A DNA stretch of 32,000 bases from the NCBI RefSeq assembly GCF_004768465.1, contig NZ_SRMF01000002.1:520401-552400 (forward strand), in the 5' to 3' direction. The notes beneath the pieces are model-generated. The model searched no databases. It had not been told where the DNA came from and saw nothing but the letters and a program-made list of their open reading frames with translations. The translations under genes were made by a program, and so were the position numbers. This DNA is from Natronospirillum operosum. GTDB lineage: Bacteria; Pseudomonadota; Gammaproteobacteria; Pseudomonadales; Natronospirillaceae. Positions 16,995 to 23,805 of the stretch are shown piece by piece. Position 1 is the stretch's first letter. Every line of letters starts with the position of its first letter.

Positions 16995-17756
16995 TCAGTT
17001 GAAGACAAAGCCGCCGTTGACCGGGATGACCTGACCGCTGACAAAGTCGGACCAGCCTGACAACAGGTAGAGCACAGTGCCGTCGACATCATCAGCCTGC
17101 TGCTCGCCGGCCAGCGAGCGGCCGGCGGCATAGTAGTCCCAGCGTTCCTGCGGCACGTATTCGGTGGCCTCGACCCGGGTCAGCCCAGGCGCCACCACAT
17201 TGACACAGATATTGTCGCTACCCAGCTCGCGCGCCATGGCGCGGCTCATGGAGATCACTGCCCCCTTGCTGGCCACATAGGCCATCAGGCGCGGCGCGCC
17301 CCAGAGGGCCGTGTCCGAGGCCATGTTCACCACCTTGCCGCGTCTGTCACCGCCTTTCAGCAGCGGCACTGCGGCTCGTGTCATCAGCCAGACACCGCGC
17401 ACATTGACCTGCATGACCCGGTCCCACAGGTCCTGGTCGTATTCATGCATCGTCTTGCCGCCGACATTGGTGGCCAGGGCAGCATTGTTGACCAGACCAT
17501 CCAGTGGGCCGTCGGCAGCGACCCGGGCCATGCCTTGCTCGATGCTGTCCGGGTCGGCCTGATCAATGTACAGATCTTCCACCGCATGACCCTCGCCGCG
17601 CAAGGCTGCGGCGGTGGTTGCCAGTTCGTCCTGCAGAATGTCGCTCAGCACCAGTTGCGCCCCGGCGGCGGCGGCGGCAGAGGCGATCTGGCGCCCCAGA
17701 CCGCGCGCGGCGCCGGTGATCATGATGCGGCGACCGGCAAGCATACCGTCACTCAT
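16995..17756 (-). CDS. Classical short-chain dehydrogenase/reductase
   Basis: 253 aa with TGAARGLG, NNAA, MAS...YVASK (a canonical Ser/YxxxK). Its start overlaps the upstream stop as ATGA at 17753-17756. Confidence 0.9.
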   Translation of the reverse strand: MSDGMLAGRRIMITGAARGLGRQIASAAAAAGAQLVLSDILQDELATTAAALRGEGHAVEDLYIDQADPDSIEQGMARVAADGPLDGLVNNAALATNVGGKTMHEYDQDLWDRVMQVNVRGVWLMTRAAVPLLKGGDRRGKVVNMASDTALWGAPRLMAYVASKGAVISMSRAMARELGSDNICVNVVAPGLTRVEATEYVPQERWDYYAAGRSLAGEQQADDVDGTVLYLLSGWSDFVSGQVIPVNGGFVFN

Positions 17757-18787
17757 GACGCCGCCTCGGTATGCCGCTTCAACTGCTGTTTGGCTTCCTT
17801 CTGCAGTACCCGGCGCAGGCGCGACAGACCGACATCATGCTGATACAGGTTTTCATGCATGCGGGCCTCGGGAGCCAGGCTTTCGAGAATGACTCGGTCC
17901 TGTTCCAGCACATCCCAGTGCAGGCCTTCCAGCTTGGTGCGATAGAAGAACTTCCACACATCGCGCTGCCAGCCGCTGACCTTGCGTACGCGCCAGAAGA
18001 AGACGCGGCAGTTGTCCGCATCTTCCGGTACTACCATGCCGACAATCCAGAACGGACCACCGGGGCCGAACTCCTTCTTGTAGGGGATCGACAGGCGCAG
18101 CCAGAGGGCGCCGGTGTTGCCGTACTCCACCCAGTCGAAATTGACGCCGAGCTGGCCGGTTTTCTTGAAGATGAAGCCGGCGTCCGTGGGCACCAGTTCC
18201 ATTTCGGCCTTGCGGTCACCTTCGGCCATGGAATGCGAGTCCGCATGGAGGTAGGTGCCGTGCATGGGGTCCATGACGTTGTCGATGGCATACTGATAGT
18301 TGCACTTCCAGGTGGCCGTGCACAACATGTGGCCGTAGGTTTCGGTGTCGTCCAGTTGCTCCGGCAGGGCCAGTTCGGTCGGCTCTTCATTCGGCGTGGT
18401 GCCGAACCAGACAAAGACCGCGCCGTGCGCCTCCTGCACGTGGTAGCGGCGCACACAGTTCTGCCCCACCAGCGGGCTGTTGCTGATGGCCGGCACATCA
18501 CAGATGGTGCCTTCGCCATTCACCTCCACCCCGTGATACCAGCAGGCCAGCCGGTCACCCAGATTCCAGCCTCGTGACAGGCGGGCACCCCGGTGCGGAC
18601 AGCGGTCCTCGATGGCATTGATGTTGCCGTCGAAATCACGCCACAGCACGATATTCTCGCCCAGGCGGGTAATGCCGAGCGGGTTGCTGCCCACTTCCCA
18701 ACTGGCCACAACCGGATACCAGAGTGACCGCAGGCCCTGATCCAGGTACTGCTGTACAGCGTCGTTCTGTTCTGTTGTCTTGCTCAT
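17753..18787 (-). CDS. Rieske [2Fe-2S] non-haem-iron oxygenase, alpha-type catalytic subunit (no beta subunit present)
   Basis: 344 aa. Rieske motif CPHRGARL...CWYHG, mononuclear iron motif NVMDPMHGTYLH. An SD GGGAGG lies upstream. Confidence 0.9.
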   Translation of the reverse strand: MSKTTEQNDAVQQYLDQGLRSLWYPVVASWEVGSNPLGITRLGENIVLWRDFDGNINAIEDRCPHRGARLSRGWNLGDRLACWYHGVEVNGEGTICDVPAISNSPLVGQNCVRRYHVQEAHGAVFVWFGTTPNEEPTELALPEQLDDTETYGHMLCTATWKCNYQYAIDNVMDPMHGTYLHADSHSMAEGDRKAEMELVPTDAGFIFKKTGQLGVNFDWVEYGNTGALWLRLSIPYKKEFGPGGPFWIVGMVVPEDADNCRVFFWRVRKVSGWQRDVWKFFYRTKLEGLHWDVLEQDRVILESLAPEARMHENLYQHDVGLSRLRRVLQKEAKQQLKRHTEAAS

Positions 18788-18813
18788 GTCTGCCTCCCGC
18801 TGTACCGGTGCGC

Positions 18814-19119
18814 TCAGCGCCCCAGCACCGCCATTTCACGCTGAAAACTGTCTTCGGTCCACTGGGCCCCGGTACGATCAAGGCAGCCTGCCTTGTTGAG
18901 ACCCTGCACCACTTCGGGCAATTCGGTAGCGCCGGCAGCGAACACCTCTTCCAGGGCGGCCTGCAGGTCCAGCTCGAACTGCGCCGGTGCATGCTTGCGT
19001 GTCTGCCAGACCGGGTTGGCAAAGCCACCCGGCTGCTCGATATGACCCTGCCCTGGCTGGGAGGCCGGTATGACTTTCTGCCAGTCGCGCAGTTGGGCGT
19101 TGTATGCCGATTCGTTCAT
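18814..19119 (-). CDS. Small conserved-looking protein of unknown function (101 aa); the C-terminus resembles a recombinase-type helix-turn-helix
   Basis: The ATG at 19119 overlaps the Rieske ferredoxin stop (ATGA at 19116-19119) and is preceded by GAGGTGA at 8 nt. Third-position GC bias matches the neighbouring genes. The C-terminal LPEVVQGLNKAGCLDRTGAQWTEDSFQREMAVLG follows the LN..G....G..W pattern. The 46-codon upstream extension in the ORF track overlaps the ferredoxin gene and is rejected. Confidence 0.6.
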   Translation of the reverse strand: MNESAYNAQLRDWQKVIPASQPGQGHIEQPGGFANPVWQTRKHAPAQFELDLQAALEEVFAAGATELPEVVQGLNKAGCLDRTGAQWTEDSFQREMAVLGR

Positions 19120-19439
19120 GATGCGGTCACCTCGGCTGAGTCCAGTTGAATTTCTTCGTCCACGATGCGCAGCGGATACACCTTGATGTCCCGCTCCGCC
19201 GGGCCGCCCAGACACTTGCCGGTGCGGATATCGAAAGTGGCTTCGTGCAGCGGACACTCAATCTCGCCGTCTTCCACAAACCCCTGCGACAGCAGGGCAT
19301 AGGCGTGAGGACAGACATCTTCCAGTGCATAGTAGTCATCGTCGAGCAGGTAGATGCCGACTTCCTTGCCGTCTATCTTGGCCGAGAAGGGAAAGTCTTC
19401 CTGTACCTGATCCTTGCGACAGACTGTGGTCCAACTCAT
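19116..19439 (-). CDS. Rieske-type [2Fe-2S] ferredoxin (oxygenase electron-transfer component, NirD/CarAc-like size)
   Basis: 107 aa from the ATG at 19439 (MSWTTVC) behind AGGGGG. Contains CPHAYALL...CPLHEATF. Confidence 0.85.
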   Translation of the reverse strand: MSWTTVCRKDQVQEDFPFSAKIDGKEVGIYLLDDDYYALEDVCPHAYALLSQGFVEDGEIECPLHEATFDIRTGKCLGGPAERDIKVYPLRIVDEEIQLDSAEVTAS

Positions 19440-19500
19440 GGTGATTACCCCCTGAGATCGAAAATTATCATATATCAACTTTTGTTTTTTATATGGTACG

Positions 19501-19528
19501 AGTATAGGCAGTCGCCCACTCCTGTCAA
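19501..19528 (-). promoter_or_regulatory. Sigma70-type promoter P4 for the Rieske operon
   Basis: On the minus strand: TTGACA (19528-19523), a 16-nt spacer, then TATACT (19506-19501). The AT-rich block CATATAAAAAACAAAAGTTGATATATGATAATTTT follows. Confidence 0.6.
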
Positions 19529-19576
19529 TTACTATATAGTATTAGGGCATGCCTTTTGTGTTACAGCTTGTTATGG

Positions 19577-20365
19577 TCAGGCTTCATCCGGCCGGGTCCG
19601 GGTCACCACCTGATAGTCATGCGGCGGCATGACCATGGTCATCCAGGCGAAGGGGCGATCCGGGGCGATACTGCGCAGACTGTAGCGGATATCCAGGCGC
19701 AATCCGGTATCACCCGCTGCTGCCCCGACATGAGGACCGATGGATTGGGGAATTCGATAACGGCTCAGGCGGTTCTCGGCCTGCAGTTCCGCCAGCGGGA
19801 TGCGATCCTGCAACAATGGCAGTACACTTTCGTGCTCGAGCGCTTCCGCCGGCAGCGTCATCAGGGGCGCGGCGATGTCGCCGCGCAGAATGATGTTGGA
19901 GTAGGCATCAAAGGCACCGTCGATGCGGTCCTGCCGCACGATCTGCACATAGCCGTCGTCACAGGGCCCGAGCACACCGGTCCAGGCGCCACGCCCGGTC
20001 AGGCGACGCCGCTTGAGCAGGCGAATGAACACCATGCGGACACGGTCACCGTCCGGACGCAGAAAACTGAAGGCCGGGGTGCTGATCTCGTGTCGATGGT
20101 CCCCCGCCGCGACAAAGGTACCACGGCGGCGGTGCCGGACCAGTTCACCGCTCTGTACCAGTTCGCGCAGAGCCTTCTGTATGGTGCCGAGACTGAGCGG
20201 CAGCGCCTCGGCCATGGCCTGTTCCGTGGGCAGGCGGGTACCCTCGGCCAGCGCCCCGTCGACAATCAGTTCGATCAGGGCATCACGCAGCAGCCGGTAC
20301 TTGGGCGTTCTCGGATTCTGCGCCTGCAGGGCCTGCAGACGGCGTTCGAGGCGTTGCATCAACAT
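19577..20365 (-). CDS. GntR-family transcriptional regulator (probable UTRA effector domain)
   Basis: The winged HTH reads PKYRLLRDALIELIVDGALAEGTRLPTEQAMAEALPLSLGTIQKALRELVQSGELVRHRRRGTFV. The start is uncertain (ATG at 20365, 20359 or 20434). The 20434 start would overlap the divergent MFS gene. Confidence 0.8.
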   Translation of the reverse strand: MLMQRLERRLQALQAQNPRTPKYRLLRDALIELIVDGALAEGTRLPTEQAMAEALPLSLGTIQKALRELVQSGELVRHRRRGTFVAAGDHRHEISTPAFSFLRPDGDRVRMVFIRLLKRRRLTGRGAWTGVLGPCDDGYVQIVRQDRIDGAFDAYSNIILRGDIAAPLMTLPAEALEHESVLPLLQDRIPLAELQAENRLSRYRIPQSIGPHVGAAAGDTGLRLDIRYSLRSIAPDRPFAWMTMVMPPHDYQVVTRTRPDEA

Positions 20366-20421
20366 GATCAATGGCAGGCTCAGGGAATACAGGACATCTC
20401 TTATGGCATATTGGAACCCGC

Positions 20422-21813
20422 ATGGACAAGTCACAATCCGTTGAAATCAACCGACCACTGATTCTGGGGGTGCTGATTTTCGGCGCCTTCGTCACCGTGC
20501 TGAACCAGACGCTGATGCTGGTGGCGATTCCGCCCATCATGCGCGATTTCGACATCAGCGCGGCGCAGGCACAGTGGGTGACCACGGCCTTCATGCTGAC
20601 CAATGGCATCTTCATTCCGGTGTCGGCAGCCCTGATCGACCGCTATTCCAGCCGCTACCTGTACCTGACCGCGATCACGCTGTTTCTGCTCGGCACCGCG
20701 CTGGGTGCCATTGCCCAGACATTCCCCCAGTTGCTGACAGCACGCATCATCCAGGGCATGGCCGCCGGCATCGCCATGCCGCTGGCACAGACCGTGATCA
20801 TGTCGCTGTTTCCGCCCCATCGACGCGGCACGGCCATGGGGCTGGTCGGGCTGGTAATCGCCTTTGCGCCAGCCATAGGCCCGACGCTCTCGGGCTGGCT
20901 GATCGACCAGTTGTCCTGGCGCTACCTGTTTATTGTACTGCTGCCCTTTGTGGTACTGGGTCTGATCGCGGCCTGGTGGGTCATGGCCGATGTGACCGAG
21001 TATCGCGACAGCCGCATCGACCCGCTGTCGGTCAGCCTGTCGACCCTGGGCTGGGGCGGCCTGCTCTACGGCTTCAGCATGGCCGGCACCGTGGGCTGGA
21101 ACCAGCCCAGCGTGATCGGCGCGCTGCTGATCGGCGTGGTGGCCCTGAGCCTGTTCATTCCCCAGCAACTGCGCATGGACAAACCCATGCTGGAGTTCAG
21201 GGTATTTCAAGCCCCCATGTACCGGCTGACCACCGGCATCTCCATCATCGTCTTCACGCTGCTGATCGGCCCGCAGACGCTGCTGCCCATCTATGTTCAG
21301 AACGCGCGCGGCTTCGGTGCCCTGCAGACCGGCCTGCTGCTGTTGCCGGGGGCGGTGGTCATGGGGCTTATGTCGCCCATAGCCGGCCGCCTGTTCGACC
21401 GCTTCGGCATCCGCTGGCTGGCCATTGGCGGGCTGCTTCTGATGTGCATCGGCCTCGGGCACTTCGTCACCCTGGGACCGGAAACGCCGCTGTCACGCAT
21501 TACCGTCGGCTTTATTCTGCACATGCTGGGCATTTCCACTCTGATGATGTCGCTGATCACGGCCGGCATCAACGCCAGCCCGCCGCATCTGATTGCCCAT
21601 GCCACCGCCATGAACAACACCCTGCGCATGGTCGGCGCCTCCATCGGCACGGCCGTGCTGGTGTCCATCATGAGTGCCCGCACGGCAACACTCGCTGACC
21701 TGCCGACAGAACTGGCGCTGATCGGCGGTCTGCGCACGGCCTTTGTCACGGCTCTGTGTCTGGCCCTGGCTGGCCTGGTGCTGGCCTTTCGGCTGCGTGA
21801 TCAACCGAGCTGA
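20422..21813 (+). CDS. MFS transporter, DHA2 (EmrB/QacA-like, 14-TMS) drug/metabolite:H+ antiporter type
   Basis: 463 aa from the ATG at 20422 (MDKSQSVEINRPLILGVLIFGAFVTVLNQTLMLVAIPPIMRDF). Length and motif pattern are typical of DHA2. It is divergent from the GntR gene. Confidence 0.9.
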   Translation: MDKSQSVEINRPLILGVLIFGAFVTVLNQTLMLVAIPPIMRDFDISAAQAQWVTTAFMLTNGIFIPVSAALIDRYSSRYLYLTAITLFLLGTALGAIAQTFPQLLTARIIQGMAAGIAMPLAQTVIMSLFPPHRRGTAMGLVGLVIAFAPAIGPTLSGWLIDQLSWRYLFIVLLPFVVLGLIAAWWVMADVTEYRDSRIDPLSVSLSTLGWGGLLYGFSMAGTVGWNQPSVIGALLIGVVALSLFIPQQLRMDKPMLEFRVFQAPMYRLTTGISIIVFTLLIGPQTLLPIYVQNARGFGALQTGLLLLPGAVVMGLMSPIAGRLFDRFGIRWLAIGGLLLMCIGLGHFVTLGPETPLSRITVGFILHMLGISTLMMSLITAGINASPPHLIAHATAMNNTLRMVGASIGTAVLVSIMSARTATLADLPTELALIGGLRTAFVTALCLALAGLVLAFRLRDQPS

Positions 21814-22032
21814 GGCCTGAGCGGGCGCATTCGCGGCACCAAAAGACAGCATTGCCGGACCAGTCTGCACTGCAACCGTGCACCCGGAGCACCTGGTGCC
21901 AGAGGCCTCTGGTTGCCAGCGCTGCCAGTTACAAATTTTTACACTCTTCACCAAAGCCCTGTTCCGGGGGTTTTCCCGGTCAGTCGGTCCACCTGCAAGA
22001 CCGAGTCGCAAGTCTTTCTGGATCGATTCTTG

Positions 22033-22060
22033 TTGACTGCTCTCTCAACACATGTAATTT
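22033..22060 (+). promoter_or_regulatory. Sigma70-type promoter P5 for the tctCBA-amidase operon
   Basis: TTGACT (22033-22038), a 16-nt spacer, then TAATTT. An AT-rich block carrying a perfect palindrome follows. Confidence 0.5.
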
Positions 22061-22070
22061 ATAAAAATGT

Positions 22071-22084
22071 ATCTTATATAAGAT
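22071..22084. promoter_or_regulatory. Perfect 14-bp palindrome ATCTTATATAAGAT (candidate operator)
   Basis: Read directly from the sequence. It is flanked on both sides by ATGT and lies between the predicted -10 and the tctC start. Confidence 0.5.
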
Positions 22085-22119
22085 ATGTTGCATAACCAAT
22101 CATAACGAGAGGGGTTCGT

Positions 22120-23145
22120 ATGAATCGCACAGCCACAATCTCATTCTCATTCAAGGCAGCACTCGCCAGCACTCTGGGCGGCATTCTGCTCACTGCCGGC
22201 GCCACCACAGCGCTCGCAGATTATCCGGAACGACCACTGACCATGGTTGTCGCCGCCGGGCCGGGTGGTTCGAATGACCGCGCGGCCCGTGTCATGTCCA
22301 ATTTTCTGGCTGAAGAACTCGGTCAGCCGGTCAATGTGGTCAACCGCCCGGGTGGCGGCAACTTGCTGGGTCATGAGTATCTGCGCCAGCAGGCCGCCGA
22401 TGGCTACACCCTCCTGCGTACTACCGCCATTCCCTACATGACCATCAATCAGGAACTGCAGGGTGCTTCGTTTACCATTGAGGACTTTCAGCCACTGAAC
22501 CTGGTGGACATTGATACGTCCATGATCGCGAGCTCGACACGGGGTGACTACGACTCCATCGATGACCTGATCGCAGCCATCAGCGACAACCCTGGCAGTG
22601 TCAGCATGGGCGTGCAGCCGACCTCGTCGGACATGATCAATGCCACCCTGTTTCTGGAAGCCATCGGTCTGTCTGTTGATGATGTACGCGTAGTGACCTT
22701 TGACGGCGGTGGTGATGTCCGCACCGGCGTTGCCGGCAATCAGTTCGATTTCGGGGTCGTCGGGGAAGCCGGCCTGCGCCAGATGTCCAGCGAGATTGAG
22801 CCGCTGATGACCTTCTCGCGCGAGCCGATGTCCGATGTATGGGATGCACCGCATGTGCTGGAAGTCGTTGACCAGCACGGGGTTGAAGACTATCCGCATG
22901 TGCTGTCCGGCTCCATCCGTGGCTACTTTGTGCATTACGAGCTGATGGAAGAAGAGCCCGAGCGCTATGCCCGCCTGGTCGAGGCCTTCGAAAACATCGC
23001 CAACAACCCGGAAGCCATCGAAGCACACCATGAACAGGATCTGACCATCGACTGGATGGGTCCTGAGGCCTCGCGGGAAATGATGCTGCAAGAGCATGAG
23101 AGCCTGGCTCGTCCCGAGTTCCTGCAGATCGTGCAACCTGACTGA
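22120..23145 (+). CDS. tctC: Tripartite tricarboxylate transporter (TTT) substrate-binding protein
   Basis: 341 aa with a signal peptide ending TTALA, then DYPERPLTMVVAAGPGGSNDRAARVMSNFLAEELGQPVNVVNRPGGGN, the Bug/TctC signature. Confidence 0.9.
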   Translation: MNRTATISFSFKAALASTLGGILLTAGATTALADYPERPLTMVVAAGPGGSNDRAARVMSNFLAEELGQPVNVVNRPGGGNLLGHEYLRQQAADGYTLLRTTAIPYMTINQELQGASFTIEDFQPLNLVDIDTSMIASSTRGDYDSIDDLIAAISDNPGSVSMGVQPTSSDMINATLFLEAIGLSVDDVRVVTFDGGGDVRTGVAGNQFDFGVVGEAGLRQMSSEIEPLMTFSREPMSDVWDAPHVLEVVDQHGVEDYPHVLSGSIRGYFVHYELMEEEPERYARLVEAFENIANNPEAIEAHHEQDLTIDWMGPEASREMMLQEHESLARPEFLQIVQPD

Positions 23146-23262
23146 TCCGGAAGCCGAAGCGCAGCAATGCTGCCGCGGACACCACAGAAGCGGTGTCTGC
23201 GGCTGTCTCCGCCATCAAGACAACCACGCTTCACCTATCAATTGACCGCAGGAGTGACGACC

Positions 23263-23793
23263 ATGCAGCTCGGAAACTGGCGCCTCGACGCAGACTGGGG
23301 CCATCTCGCCTTTGCCACAGTCATCGCCGGCATCACCTGGTGGTACTTCCAGGACGTCACGGGTACCTCCATGAATCGCAACAACATCATTCTGGTTTAC
23401 CCCCTCAGTCTGATGATTCTGGGGCTGTACGGCGTAACCCTGATCAAGAGTATCCGCATCCACAGAACTGCCGGCGATGCCGATACTACAAAGCCGGAAC
23501 CGGATCCTGCCGTAGCGGCAGAAGACGATGAACCGCAGACCAACGAACAGGAACAATCACTGTTCGACATGGTGCGCGCGCTGATACTCCTGCTGATGCT
23601 GGGCGGCTTCGTGTTCAGCTACAACATCATCGGACTGGATGTCGCTACCTTTGTCTTTATCGCACTGAGCCTGGTACTGCTCGGCTACCGTCGCTGGTGG
23701 TTCGTGCTGGTTTACGCCCTGGTATTCACTGTCTTTGTCATCGGCGGAGCGAGGTTTCTGCTCAGCTACCCGATGCCCACCCTGTTTCTATAG
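23263..23793 (+). CDS. tctB: TTT small membrane subunit
   Basis: 176 aa from the ATG at 23263 behind AGGAG. It has four hydrophobic segments and lies between tctC and tctA. It carries an unusual acidic loop of about 40 aa. Confidence 0.75.
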   Translation: MQLGNWRLDADWGHLAFATVIAGITWWYFQDVTGTSMNRNNIILVYPLSLMILGLYGVTLIKSIRIHRTAGDADTTKPEPDPAVAAEDDEPQTNEQEQSLFDMVRALILLLMLGGFVFSYNIIGLDVATFVFIALSLVLLGYRRWWFVLVYALVFTVFVIGGARFLLSYPMPTLFL

Positions 23794-23805
23794 GAGATTG
23801 CCACC

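Noticed and set aside
21814-22032. A 300-bp gap after the MFS gene, checked for a tRNA, sRNA or terminator. It contains the perfect 14-bp palindrome CCAGAGGCCTCTGG (21899-21912) and the hairpin CCGGG-GGTTTT-CCCGG (21964-21979).
   Set aside because: There is no cloverleaf-like structure, no U-tract after either hairpin and no promoter-like element in front of them. The ORFs at 21852-22064, 21913-22095 and 21493-22011 have shadow-like composition. I leave the gap as plain intergenic sequence apart from the GGTC/GACC repeat reported separately.
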